Notes: generated by a model from the letters alone, not told the origin. Shown: positions 37,454 to 50,777, counted from the first letter of the stretch. The stretch is 64,000 nt of DNA from Octopus sinensis (GCF_006345805.1 NW_021832593.1:45590-109589); one strand, 5' to 3'. Numbers and translations are program-made.

Positions 37454-40445
37454 AACAACAAATGGTGGTTTGCCCTCAAGAGAGCAGTAAAAGCAGAAGC
37501 GATTAGGTACAGCAAAGCACTAGCCATAGATAGAAATAGAGTAGAGGGTGAGCTAGTTAAGAAGCTAGAAGAGGCAATTAGAAGCGGCATCGCATCCGAC
37601 GTTTTGGCGGCGAGGTTGGCCCTCGACCAACACTTCAACGCCAAACACGAAGGATGTGCTGTCAGAGCTAGGATGCGTGCTCTAAGGAACGAAGGTGTTG
37701 GAGCCGAGAGAGAGGCCCGGGTGGCAGAGGCGCAACAGGGCACAAAGCCACCATTCGGTCACTGGTAGATGAACAGGGGCGCGAATTGCTCGAGCCAAGT
37801 AAAATGTGTGTGAGGCCTTTCAGCAGCATTTTGCCCGACTGTTCGGAACGAGTGGAGGGCAAGAACGTAGGGTGGACTTCAGTGCCTACCTACATAGCCT
37901 ACCACGACTCTCGACAAGAAAGGCAGGGTGCTGCGAAGGTGCCATCACGGCGGCGGAAGTGCGGGAAGCGATGGCAGAATGCTCGAGGGACAAATCACCG
38001 GGTTTGGATGGTCTCACCTACGAGCTTTACAATTGTATGCCAGACTTGTTTGGAGATCTCTTGGCGGCGGTGTGTACTGCAACTGGCAGCAAAACGGGAG
38101 CATTCCTGGTTTTGTGAGCCGAGGAGCCGTAACACTGCTGAAGAAAGATCTAAACAAGGGAAATGTAATAGATAACTTTAGGCCCATCACTCTGCTTAAT
38201 GCAGACTTGAAAATTTGGGCCAAGGTGCTAGCCAAGAGGTTGGCGCTTGTCATCGAGAAACTGGTCGACAAGGCGCAAACATGCGCCGTGCCAGGCCGGA
38301 CCATCCATGACAACCTCCATCTGATGCGCTACATCATAGACAGGGTAGTTAACGAACCTGGCATGGGTGGGGCCCTGATCAACTTGGATCAATCGAAAGC
38401 CTTTGATAGGGTAGACCATCGATACTTGGAGGCAGTCCTGAGAGCGGCTGGTTCGGTCCCGTCTTCCGCGGCTGGATAGCTGCCTTGTACAGAGGCATCC
38501 GTTCGGTTAATTCGCGTAAATGGACATCTATCGAGACCTTTCGACATTGCACGTTCGGTCCGTCAGGGATGCCCCCTCTCGGCGCTTCTATACGTATTGA
38601 CTCTTGAGCCACTACTGCGGAAGCTGGCGACTCTAAGGGGCATCCCGCGAGAATTGGGATGCGGGACGAGCGTGTCTGCATACGCGGACGACGTCACCGT
38701 CATAGTGTCTAGCCACGAGCACATCGAGCTGGTCGGCGAGACACTGAAAAACTACGAAGCGGTGACAGGAGCGAAAATCAACCGGGAAAAGTCAGTGGGC
38801 TTGCGACTAGGCACCTGGAGAAGCAAGCCCATGCCGTCCACCAGCGCCTCCGTCGTGGGACGCTGGACCGACGGCCCGGTTGAGTTGCTCGGGGTCTGGT
38901 TTGGTCCGGACCTCCAAGTGGAGAAGAACTGGAACGAGATAACGAGTAGGGTGGTCACTCTCGCCCGGCAATGGGCCGAGAGGAAACTGTCCCTAAAAGG
39001 TCGTCGAGCGGAGGTGGCGAACACGTACATCGCGTCCGTATCTATACCGCCTGACCGTAGACCGTAGTACCTTGTCCCGACCCTACCATCACCAAACTAC
39101 AACGCATCCTCTTTCGTTCTTGTGGAAAGGATGCGTCCCGATGGTCAGGCGATCCATTTGCTGTCAACACCCGTTAAAAGGAGGGCTGGGCATGCCGTGG
39201 TTGATGATGCGCAGACACGCGCTGAGACTGCGACATCTCTGGCTCTATGTAGACGACGGTGAACAGGTGTGGTCGCCGTTTGTGAGGCACGCTTTCCCGC
39301 AGCTCGTCTCCATGACCGAACTGCAGTCGTGGATCAAAAAGAGGCCGAGGAAGGGCGAATGGCACCGCGAGTGTCGCGTTGCTCTCAAGCAACTCTGCCG
39401 TCCTGGGTCGACCTTAAGTGACTTCAACACAACCAAAGCATTCTATAGGGGTTTAGTGGAGGGGAGTACGACGACGAGCTCGGGGCGAACCTGGACGTCG
39501 ACGAGGAGTACCTGACCCGCCTGTTCAGGACGACTTTCGGGCCAGGGCCCATGGACAACTTCCAGAGATCCCTGGCCTGGCAGTGCTACCGAGAAGCGCT
39601 ACCCGTTCGGGATAAGCTCTACAGACACGGCTCGAGAGAAACACGGGGCCGACCTGCCCGAGATGCGGTCAGAGCGACGAAACCGTTCTGCACGCACTCG
39701 TTCAGTGTCCAACAATTTCCGACCTGTGGGCTTATGTCGAACAACTGCTGTCACGTGTGGGACGAGTCGGTTTATCAGCTGAGTCTATCGTCAATATTGT
39801 CACGCCTCCTTCCTTCAAACGGGAAGGAAGAGCTATTTTCATCATCCTTGCGGCTATGGCGAAAGAATGTATCTGGTGGACGCGTCTGAAAGGATTGGAG
39901 ACAAACACTTTCCTCTCTGGTCAATCTCTCATCAACTTCTTCAAGTACCACTTGAAAAGGAAAGTGAGAGTAGAGAGGCAAGTTTTGTCTAGCGAATGTT
40001 TTAAAAAAAGATGGGTGAATGTAGCAAGAACGGCACGTATGAATGACGAAGCCACCTTGAGCATAGTCCTATGAACCCAGAAATCGAAAACAGAGAGTTG
40101 CTTATTTGCAAAAAAAAAAAAAAAAAAGAAATATAAAATGTGACTTCATTGACCGAGGTTACCGTGGTCTTTTCCGTAGGCTTTTCTTTCCACGGGTAAA
40201 CCTCACCTGTCCTCCCCTTCACACTTCATATTGACATTTCTGTGATAACGATCCCTATTGATCAATTTTTTTTTCCTCTCCCCCTTTTTTTAACCCCCCT
40301 TTTTTTGTCCTCTTTCTCTCCTTTTACGATCCCTTTTGATCGAAACTCCCCCTTCCTTTTTTTTTGCTTTTTAAACCTTCAAAAGAAAAGCTCTACCTTG
40401 TAATTTGTTCTATCTGTGTGCAGCCCTGTGTGGCTAATAAAGAAA
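37454..40445 (+). mobile_element. Tx1/L1-clade LINE, 5'-truncated, inserted in (CTAT)n
   Basis: Frameshifted ORF2: NFRPITLLNADLKIWAKVLAKRL, LDQSKAFDRVDH, RQGCPLS, YADD (38681-92), zinc knuckle CPRCGQSDETVLHALVQC, stop at 40072-74; pyrimidine-rich 3' UTR; AATAAA at 40436-41. Confidence 0.96.
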
Positions 40446-40699
40446 CATATCTATCTATCTATCTATCTATCTATTTCTCTGTCTGTCTGTCTATTTATCG
40501 ATATGGATCTCTCTCTCTATCTATCTATCTATTTGTCTGTCTGTCTATCTATCTATATGTCTATTTACCTACCTACCTACCTACCTACCTACCTACCTAC
40601 CTACCTACCAACCTACCTTCCCTAACTACATACATATCTGTCAACCTATCTATCAATTCATCTTTAAAAAAATTGTTATTAATATATTAAGATATTTTC

Positions 40700-40800
40700 T
40701 TAACATGAAACCAATGATGGCCTTAATACACAAATAAAGTATTTTTATCCACCAATGCCATGTTAAACTCTCATTCTCATTGTTCGACATTTACGTATAT
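40700..40800 (+). repeat. ~100-bp dispersed repeat, related copy at 48752-48855
   Basis: Shared gaaaccaatg...gccttaat.cacaaataaag and ctcatt.tcattgttcgacatttacgtat. Confidence 0.7.
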
Positions 40801-40812
40801 ATACAAGTATAT

Positions 40813-41070
40813 ATTCTTTGATTCTTTTACGTTTTTCAGTCATCTGACTGCGGTCATGCTGGAACGCCGCCTGGAAGGATTTTGGTCGTTCAAATCGACT
40901 CCAGAACTTATTTCCCAGGCCTATGTATTCCGTGGTTCTATTAGGGAGACTACTACAGCCACTACTACTACTACGACCACCACCACCACTACCACCACCA
41001 CCACCACCACCACCACCACTCAGTCGCCACCAAAGAGAATCCAACTTACCACACAGCCACTCCTGCGTAT
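40813..41070 (-). mobile_element. Broken family-B SINE (tail 40813-40940, head 41041-41070) separated by (CAC)n
   Basis: Family-B tail and head motifs in the correct order and orientation. Confidence 0.6.
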
Positions 41071-41074
41071 GTGT

Positions 41075-41164
41075 GTGTATATGTGTATGTATCTGTGAGT
41101 GTATTTATGTACATATATATACATAAGTGAGTTAATATATATAGATACACACACAGACACACAC

Positions 41165-41197
<33 letters not shown>

Positions 41198-41595
41198 TAG
41201 ATATATATACACACATGCAAACGTACATACATACATACATGCATACATACATACATATATACGCACACCTATATACATATATATATATATACAAACATAC
41301 GTACTTACATACATACGTACATACGTACATACATACATACATACATACAGATATACGCACACCAATATACATATATATATATATAATACAAACATACGTA
41401 CATACATACATACGTACATACAACATTCATACGTACATACATACATACATTCATACATACATATATGAATACATACGTGCATACATACATACATACATGC
41501 ATGCATACATACATACATACATACATACATACATACATACATACATAATAAATACATACATACATACATACATACATACATGCATGCATACATGG
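41075..41595. repeat. (TA)n/(TACA)n microsatellite block
   Basis: Direct reading. Confidence 0.94.
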
Positions 41596-42263
41596 AAGGT
41601 GTGTCTCCCAAAAGCATTTCTTGGCTCAAATGAAATATGCCGAGAATGAAACAAAACAATGACTCTTTACACTTAAACTCTGAGTGAAGGCTCACAACAT
41701 TTACAACCACAATAAGGTCCCCGCGGAAAAATCACTAATAGAAGCAACATGTGTGTGCGCGTGCGCGTGCGCTCGCGTCTGTGTGTATGTGTGTATGTGT
41801 ATGTCTATGTATCTATGTATGCATATATGTATACAAGCTACAAACACGCTAATACGGACAATAGAAAGGATATAATACTACTACTAATAATAATAATAAT
41901 AATAATCTTAAAATAGCGTCACATCTTCTTCGTAAGCTATGCTCTTTCGTACGGAAGACGTATCACTTAGCGTGCCATTTTGCTATTCAATGGAAACTTT
42001 TAAAAGCATTGAAAATTCTAAGCGACATTACGTTGCAATATTGCAAGTCTTTTAACAACTACAACAAAAAAAAATCTTTGAAAATGGAAATTGTTAATGG
42101 CTTTCCTGGTCGATAAATAGTTCCAATGACAAGACGAATAAATAAATATTACATTCAGTAATGCCACATACAAAATACCGATTCAAAAGAAATAAAATTG
42201 ATTCATAAGAAAGCAACTGTTGTACTTTTACAAATGTCAATATTACTGTTATGGCAGTGGCAT

Positions 42264-42315
<52 letters not shown>

Positions 42316-42963
42316 CGCTGCTGCTTTGATTAATGATGTTCATGTTGAGGGTCAGGATGGTCATGATCGTGATCATCATGATCACGGTACAGGACGATTC
42401 AGTGTGACTTTATATATAAACAAAAAAGTGTAAACTATCGAAAAAAGAAAAAACAAAGTATTCAAAAACGGAAATTCCCTAATTTGAGGGGAACCTTCTC
42501 GGGGCTACTCGTGAAAGCCCCACAAAAAACACACTTGCATTAAGTCAGAGCACCTCTTCCCAGCTATGTGCCTCCAGTCTACAGACGCAAACTCAGAACT
42601 GACCCATTCATTCGGACCATCCTAGCCACTCTCATTCCCCTTTCAACAAATTGACTGGAACGTAATCCTTTCCCATTTCTGTATTTCTAAGTGAAACCTG
42701 AAAAAAATTGCCGAGGAAGATGCCCATCTTTAATTATTTCTGTTTCGCCCGCCACAAAATCTCTTCCGCGTTTAAGCGACCAGAAAGAAAGTGGAAACAC
42801 GACGAAAGAAATCTACTGACACAAAGAATTTCGGAGATTTTGAAAGAAGGAGATTTAAAAGGAGTACAATACCACCATAGACTCCACCACCATCACCATT
42901 ACATGCAGCTTAGTGCCCAGCCAAACACAACCTAGTGTCTATCCAAACCGGTTATCATATAAC

Positions 42964-43196
42964 AAGGCGACGAGCTGGCAGAAACGTTAGCACGCCGGGC
43001 GAAATGCGTAGCCGTATTTTGTCTGCTGTTACGTTCTGAGTTCAAATTCCGCCGAGGTCGACTTTGCCTTTCATCCTTTCGGGGTCGATTAAATAAGTAC
43101 CAGTTACGCACTGGGGTCGATATAATCGACTTAATCCGTTTGTCTGTCCTTGTTTGTCCTCTCTGTGTTTAGCTCCTTGTGGGTAATAATGAAATA
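42964..43196 (+). mobile_element. SINE family A (A1), full length, with 14-bp TSD
   Basis: ggttatcatat(a/g)ac at 42950-42963 and 43197-43210. Confidence 0.95.
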
Positions 43197-43578
43197 GGTT
43201 ATCATATGACTCCATTATGACAATTGTCTTGCTGTCTTGCTTTGACCGGCAAACGTAGGGAGCTTTAAACTCTTCGTATAGAAATGGTTCCCCTTCCTCG
43301 TTGCAGGACATATCTGAAGGGTCTGAGGCGGGGAGGGGAATGTCTTTCAGTGTTGCGTTGGCGTTGAGAGAATTTACTGCCGGCATTTGTGATGTTTTCA
43401 TGTTGCTGTTGTTCTTGTTTTTTATGAGAGTTCTATTACTGTTTTGGTTGGTGCTGCAACATGTTGTTGTTGTTGTTGTTGTTGTTATTCTTGCTACTGC
43501 TCCTACCTTTGCAACTTTTGCTACTGAATATATTCTTGCAGTTATTGTTGATGTTGTTGTTTGTGTTGTCGTCGGACA
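43197..43578 (-). other. Stop-free frame of about 127 codons between two SINEs (possible exon or pseudo-exon)
   Basis: ...MKTSQMPAVNSLNANATLKDIPLPASDPSDMSCNEEGEPFLYEEFKAPYVCRSKQDSKTIVIMESYDN; no known domain. Confidence 0.2.
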
Positions 43579-43584
43579 CTAATA

Positions 43585-43988
43585 TTACTCTTTTACTCTT
43601 TTACTTGTTTTCAGTCATTTGACTGCGGCCATGCTGGAGCACCACCTTTAGTCGAGCAAATCGACCCCGGGACTTATTCTTTGTAAGCCTAGTACTTATT
43701 CTATCGGTCTCTTTTTGCCGAACCGCTAACTGACGGGGACGTAAACACACCAGCATCGGTTGTCAAGCGATGTTGGAGGGACAAACACAGACACACAAAC
43801 TCACACACACATATATATATATATACGACGGGCTTCTTTCAGTTTCCGTCTACCAAATCCACTCACAAGGCTTTGGTCGGCCCGAGGCTATAGTAGAAGA
43901 CACTTGCCCAAGGTGCCCGCAGTGGGACTGAACCCGGAACCATGTAGTTGGTAAACAAGCTACTTATCACACAGCCACTCCTGCGCCT
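43585..43988 (-). mobile_element. SINE family B, full length
   Basis: Colinear with 4551-4930; probable TSD aagag(c/t)aatat. Confidence 0.93.
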
Positions 43989-44460
43989 TGTTTATATTGC
44001 TCTTGTTTATTTTGTGGCGTCAGCAGCTGTGAGTTGAGAGTTTCCATTCGTTTTCCATCTTCTGTAGACAGATACCTAGGAATGGTTGGCCGCACCACAC
44101 ATGGAATACTTTAGCCTTCTGCTCTCTACAGTCGTAATCAAATTGTTCCATTCGATTAGGTCGGGGATCCATAACACTTCCATTCGCTAATCGTTCATTT
44201 ACGTACGATGGGATGGAACGGAACTTTTCATTTTTAATTGGGTTTCTTAGCACTTTCCCGTTTCAAATTCAGACCAAAATATGATATAAATTGTGCTACA
44301 CTATTTTGTTCCCGCGTGATTAAAGTCTTTCCACACGTGCTCTAGACACCTCTGTACCTGCCCTTGGCTTGGCCTTCAAATCACCAACACTTAACGTCGG
44401 TGCAATGGTGAGTTAGTGTGCATCGTTTACTTTGATCATTTACCTGAGTGGATGCCCCTA

Positions 44461-44997
44461 AGCAAATACTTCATTGAGAAAGATCCACGTAAAACCACTT
44501 GATAACTGTTTAAAGAACTCCAAGTTAGCCAGAAAACTGCCTGCAGCCATTTGCATGCGATCGGAAAATGAAAAATGCTCGACAAATGGATACCACACGT
44601 TTTGAATGAAAATCAAAAAAATGCACAGATATAAAATTTACTCGTCGCTTCTTCTCAGTAAGCAGACCGATCGATTTCTCGACTGTATTCTAACTTGCGA
44701 TGAAAAGTGGATTCTATACAATAATAAAAAACGTTTTTTCGCAGTGGTCAGACCAAATTGAGACACCGAAAACCTTCTCTGAACCCAAGCTCTTCAAGAA
44801 AAAGGTTACGGTGACTGTTTGGTGGTGTACTGCTAGACTCATCCACTATAACATCATAAAACATGAAAAAAACTATTACTGCAGAAACCCATTGCCATGA
44901 AATTGCCAAAATGAGCGAAAAACCGCTACTCTTCCGACCCAGACTGGTCAATAGAAGAGAGCAAATCATTCTTCATGACAATGCTTGACCATACGTT
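44461..44997 (+). mobile_element. Mariner transposase fragment, same family as 7030-7871
   Basis: KWIPHVLNENQK, TCDEKWILYNN, KKKVTVTVWW, LHDNA; closely similar to the 7030-7871 copy. Confidence 0.9.
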
Positions 44998-45000
44998 CGA

Positions 45001-45140
45001 AATTTCCCCAAGACACCTGAAGAAGGCTGGAGGGTATATCAGCCGAAACGTTGTATTAACAACAAACAAGATGAGGACAAATATCCGTCACATGTAAATA
45101 ATGTAAGTAATTTCCTCATCTGTTAAATATAGAACTGAAC
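45001..45140 (+). mobile_element. Penelope-type terminal repeat with a minimal hammerhead motif at 45012-45055
   Basis: gacac-CUGAAGA(45017-23)-a-GGCUG..CAGCC-GAAA(45045-48)-CGUU-guauu; stem I is imperfect here but gtg in the 28205 copy. Confidence 0.65.
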
Positions 45141-45419
45141 AATAATAATTGTTTTATTTATTCTCCACAAAGATTTTTATGTGTGTGTGAGTATGTGTGT
45201 CCAACACAGCTTGACAACTGGTTTATTTACATCCCCACGAACCAGCAGTTCGGCAAAAGAGACCAATAGGATAAATAGCCTGCTTTAGAAACAGAGATCG
45301 ATTTGTTCGACTAAACTCCTCGTGAGAGCCTTTTGTCCAACCCATAATGTCTCTGTCTGCTTCTGGTCATGCAACCCGATTCTTCTGCACGTGGGAAACT
45401 TCGCTGAAGATTTTATCGC

Positions 45420-45550
45420 CTGCAATTTTAAAACTGAGAGTTTTAACTTGAGATTTTAAAATGGCAATTTAAAGATTACGATTTTTTGCTTTGGGTTTAA
45501 AAATTGAGATTTCAAATTTCGGATTTTAAGACTGGGAATTTTAGATTAAT
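45420..45550. repeat. Degenerate ~14-bp tandem repeat (gagattttaaaact-like)
   Basis: Direct reading. Confidence 0.55.
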
Positions 45551-45838
45551 AATATAAAACAGGAATTGTAATATTGTTTCCTTTTCATATAGAATAAAGT
45601 GGTGACGCTACATATATTATAATTCAACCTAGATCCAAATCGAACTCTGGTACAACACTCCTTCGCAACAGGAGGATAGTGAGTTCAGCAGAGCATCATA
45701 CACAATATTTTGCAGTTACGTGAGTTTACGTTTTGAGTTCAAATCTCGCTGAGGTCTTCTTTTAATTTTTCCATCCTCTAATCGAAAGCCAGTTTTGTAT
45801 TTCCGTTAGCTTAAGTCACAGCAATATGACAGCATATA

Positions 45839-45945
45839 AAGGCAGCGAGCTAGCAGAAATGTTAGCACTCCGGGAGGAACGCTTAGCGGTATTTCGTCTG
45901 TCGTTACATTCTGAGTTTTTCCGTGTCTTTACGTTCTGAGTTCAT
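45839..45945 (+). mobile_element. SINE family A 5' fragment
   Basis: aaggcagcgagctagcagaaatgttagc...gttctgagttca. Confidence 0.75.
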
Positions 45946-46610
45946 TTTAACAGATATATTTATCAAAATTATATAAAAATATCTTGAAATACTAAAGAGT
46001 AAATTTGATCAATAAAATCGCCATTGATTTCAACCACGGCCTCCAGATGACTTTGGAATCTCCTGCAACTCTTCTGGACGGTCTCCTGGTTTAAGTTGGT
46101 GAATCCTGCTATAATCCTTACTTTCAGTTCATCTTTGGTGTTACAAGGAGTTTTGCTGGTTTCTCACTCAACTGCGTGACATACAAGGGGGTTTCAATCT
46201 GGAGATGGGTGGGTTAGGTGGCCAGATGTTAGGGGTGATGTGGTCGGAGAAATTGTCTGACAGTCATGATTGGGTTCTCCTGCATGCGTGGCATGGTGCA
46301 GAGTCCTGTTGCCAGACATAGGGTCTTTCAGCAGCCTCCTTCTTGACACAGGGCAGCACTAACTCCTCCTTCCACTTGATGTTGACATCCGTGTTGAGTC
46401 TGAGGCCGCGTAGGAAGATGAATGGAGGCATAACATTGCCATTCACTCAGTACATGTCCTCGGGCTGCACTGTCCTCAGATGCACGACCAAACACTCTGA
46501 AACGTTTGTATTGGAGCTTCTGGCGCGATTGCCAAGCAGTGCAGCATGTTGTTTCCAAATTTCTGACAGAATGAATTGTAGATAAGGACAAGACGCGACT
46601 TCGTTAAAAC
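45946..46610 (-). mobile_element. Tc1/mariner-superfamily remnant, inferred DD37D (maT-like)
   Basis: GNVMPPFIF...PYVWQQDSAPCH...DHITPNIWPPN, followed by a frameshifted SPDCNPLD-like block. Reconstructed spacing is 37 residues. Confidence 0.75.
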
Positions 46611-47079
46611 AGCCCTTCCCGCAAAGCTAATTAAATAAAATTTGGGATTTTTTGCGGAGGGGAACAGTGGTAACAAAAACAGGCTAGTGAAAACAAAACA
46701 GTAAAAACAAACAGTGGGGGCTGTTAAGCCAAGACGATGTGAAGTGGTGAACGCTTGGAAAAACGAGCTTTGAGAAGCGACAGGTAAAAGCACGTCTTGT
46801 CTTTAAGAAGGAAGTGGAAGAAAAAAAGAACGGCCGCTAGTCACGTTTGAGCAACGAGGAAGAGTGAGAAAGAGAGAGGGGGGAACGGTGAAGAGGAGAG
46901 GAGAAGAATAGGGAAAGGGTGGCAGAGAAAAGCAGAAATGAAGAAAAACAATAGAGGGAGATAGATAGACAGAAAAGAGATAGAATAAGAGTGCGCATCG
47001 TAATTATTAAGATAAAACTTACTTGGAAAAGGATGCGAGGTGTTCAATCATATAATAATATAAATAATGTATAAATATA

Positions 47080-47162
<83 letters not shown>

Positions 47163-47224
47163 TATATATACATACCTACATATATATATGTATATACATA
47201 CCTACATACATATGTATATATAGA

Positions 47225-47420
47225 TGCATATATGGGTACAGGACATCAAAAATACGTGGACAGAATGAGAAACGAGACCATAAAAAACAAAAACATAGAA
47301 AACGAACTTTTTTTCGAACAACGAATAACACAAACAGAGAAACGAGAGACGCAACTTAAAGAACATTCCCTTCATCAGTTGTCCCCTTGCATATATGGGC
47401 TTGGACTCACGATCTTAACG
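47225..47420 (-). mobile_element. Degenerate Penelope-type terminal repeat
   Basis: Minus strand ggggacaactgatgaagggaatgttc followed by a pyrimidine-rich tail, next to (TA)n. Confidence 0.35.
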
Positions 47421-48413
47421 TAGGGGGTACAATTTCCAGGCTTGGTGACATTTACTGACAAGAAAATAAGTAGCAGCCTAGTGCAGGCACCGCCCTCGCT
47501 CTCCCTCCAGTGGTCAGTCACATCCTCAATATTGTGCTTGGTCAAAGGCAGAACGACCTAGAACATGTTTATGTCTGCTTGTGGCTATGCAGACAACTAA
47601 AACAATATCCGAAAACGTGGTACCCTCTTTCAAGTCATACATGCTGGCTATTATTACTAAGATTTAATAAAGAATTGCAGCGTCAGCTTATTGGCTTGTG
47701 TGATTATAAAGCTTGTAGACAGCAGCTTACAGTGATTAACATACCGTTTCTTCATAACAGATCGAAACAACGAGACGAAACTAAAACCATCCACTTCCGT
47801 TGTGGGTTATATATTGTTATAGTCGGACGGTGGCTTATATGTTAGTCGCTGCATCTTACATTATAGAATGTATTACTAGTTATGGTTGTGTAAACATGTT
47901 ATATGGAGAAAACATAAACACGAAAAGTTTTGTGAACTAACAAGGCAAGAGCAATAATTGACTAGACACATTAGCCAGTCATCGACATTAGAAGGAGATC
48001 TAACTGAATAGAACACTTGATTAATACGCTCGGCAAGTGCCTTTCTGCTTAATTTAATAGCATGCATAATTTACATATTTTCATAATATTATTCTCTGCA
48101 ACAGTTCTTCCAGAAAAATCAATAGGCATAGCTCCAGTCCATTTCGTCTGCTGTTGAATCCCAAACCGGGTGTAAAACTGTAAGATCTTATTTGCAGGTC
48201 AAAACTAATGGTGAAGAAATCCATATGGTTCTTGTGAACTCACATAATTTCATTGAAATAACATAAAATTATTCTGTTTTCTAGGAAGAAAATAATAAAT
48301 AAATGAATAAATGAACCACAGGCCACCAAAACTTGATCGATTTGTCGATGTCTGCGTTAAAACTTCATATCTTTTGCATACAATAGTTGTAAAACATGTC
48401 TGTCTATCCACCC

Positions 48414-48486
<73 letters not shown>

Positions 48487-48513
48487 ACTATCCATCCATC
48501 CATCCATCCATCC

Positions 48514-48559
<46 letters not shown>

Positions 48560-48574
48560 ATATATATATATATT

Positions 48575-48658
<84 letters not shown>

Positions 48659-48912
48659 AAACAGGAGGATGTGATTTACAAAATGGAGGCGAACAGCTTT
48701 CTCCATGTGATTGGCTCGAAACTTTTAAGAAAAGATATTTTCGTACTTTTCTTAACGTGAAACCAATGGTAGCCTTAATTCACAAATAAAGAAATTATAT
48801 CTAGCAATGCGGTGTTGAACACTCATTTTCATTGTTCGACATTTACGTATGTGTATATATATATATACATATACATATACATATACAAACATATATATAT
48901 ATATGTATGTAA

Positions 48913-48959
<47 letters not shown>

Positions 48960-49629
48960 AACATACATATGTATATGTATGTATGTGTATATCTATATAT
49001 ATATATATATATATATATTTCCCTCTGAAGATATTATGCTTAGGGCATATGAATTTAATATCTAATTAATTCTCTGAGTATTAATTGAAAAAGCTCTAAG
49101 GGATAATGATTGATTTGTTATTGATAATAAACATTTATTTGCTTCACTATCTCCATTATATTTTTCTTCTATTATATGAATATAAACTACACGGTTTATA
49201 TATATATATATATATAGGGAGAATTCACAAAAAAAAACAAAAGAAGAAGACAGATAGTGTGGAAAACAAACAGATGTATTAGTGTAACGCTCGGGATTAT
49301 ATATATATACATATACATATATATATATATTATTTAAAGGAAATCAATCCCCACAAAATATTAGGTATTGAACCAGTATTTCCTTCGATGAAACCATTCC
49401 TTCGTGAGGCTAACATAACCTCTAATCGAATGATATATATATAATCAATCGATTATAGGATGTGTTCTTTTATATGCATTAAGTGAATAAATGGGGTTAA
49501 TAGATCCGATCAGGTGCCGTTCAAACACTCTCGTATAATCGGATCGAATGATAGGGAATATTCGAGGTGAACAACTGCAATCGGATTTCATCCGATGGGC
49601 AAATCCCGGGTTTGCTTCGATGGATAATA

Positions 49630-50770
49630 AATAATATACACCGGTTCTAGCTTTCCCGCCACTTTTGGAATCCGGTCTGGAGGTCGTTTTCCGTAAGCGA
49701 GTCGAGGACTTTCTGCGATCCGCTCTTAATCCCGACAACGGGGTTACAACGATGACTTTGGGGCTGTTTTTTTTTTATCATGGAGAAGAGATGGAAGTCC
49801 GCAAGAGCAAAATCTGGCAAATAGGGTGGGTGCCGAGGCGGTACCATATTGTTTATGGAGAGAAACTTACGAGTGACGAGAGTTCGATAAAGAATCCAAT
49901 TCACCGTGCTTCACAGAATATGGTCACTTTCGCCAAATGTCCTCCTTCGAATGCTTCAAAACGCCGCAGTAGAACTTTCGATTGACGGTCAGGGCGTGAG
50001 GAACGCGTTCTTGATGCACAATACCGCAGATGCCGCAAATAACGATGCGCATGTCTTTGAATGAGTTGCAGCTCTGTCGTGCATTCTTCGGTCGTGGAGA
50101 TAAAGGCTTCTTTCATTGAGAAGACTGCTGCTTCATCTTGTAGACCCAACTCTCGTCTCGTGATGAAGGATGGGTCGTCATGAACGGTACGCTGACGGAA
50201 GTCTTGATAGACTTCGACACGATATTCTTCCTTCTCAGTGGTCAGAGACACGCCACGTGTTCAATGCAGACGTTAGGATTGCCTGCACGGACTCATAAGA
50301 AAGACCAACAACATCAGCAATGTCATTGATTGTCCTCCAACGATCCTCATGCACAAACCAATGGATTTTCCCCACATGGCGCTCGTGGCAGGTCTTCAAG
50401 ATCGCTCATCGTCTTCCAAGAACGTTCTTCCGCTTTTGAAGCGTCTGTCCCACTCAAAACATTGCATATGACCCATTGCCTCGTCACCGTAAGCTTGCCA
50501 AAACATGTCCAATGTCTCTGTAGCAGACTTCCCAAGTTTTATGCAAAATTTCACGTTTGCTTTTTCTTCCCACTTTCTGTCCATGACAAAAATCGCAAAC
50601 TACAGCAAATCGCAAACAACTACAAATTTCAAAACTTGTGAAGTAAACACATCGCTGTCACTCGGCACACTGCCTCGTAAAGGTCACTGCTAGCTCTCAC
50701 TGCGCGTGCAACCGTGTGCTGCCATCTGTTGCCGCGGCACAGAACAAGTCCTTGAACATTTTGACATATA
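49630..50770 (-). mobile_element. Degenerate mariner transposon
   Basis: ATG 50584 MDRKWEEKANVKFCIKLGKSATET...WDRRFKSGR..EDDERS; HPPYLPDFALADFHLF; FQKWRES; TIR-like tgtcaaaatgttcaaggact at about 50747-50767. Confidence 0.9.
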
Positions 50771-50777
50771 TTATCCT

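Noticed and set aside
27567-41710. Many MYVC/HTYI/YLSI-repeat ORFs up to 254 aa
   Set aside because: Stop-free frames of (TATG)n, (TACA)n and (CTAT)n repeats.
44130-44185. LWIPDLIEWNN, resembling the Cys-loop receptor WxPDxxxxN motif
   Set aside because: Frame closed by stops on both sides, no flanking similarity and no good acceptor.
46620-46860. CpG-containing stretch as a promoter or first exon (CAG|gtaaaa near 46783)
   Set aside because: No diagnostic elements; cannot be supported without TSS data.
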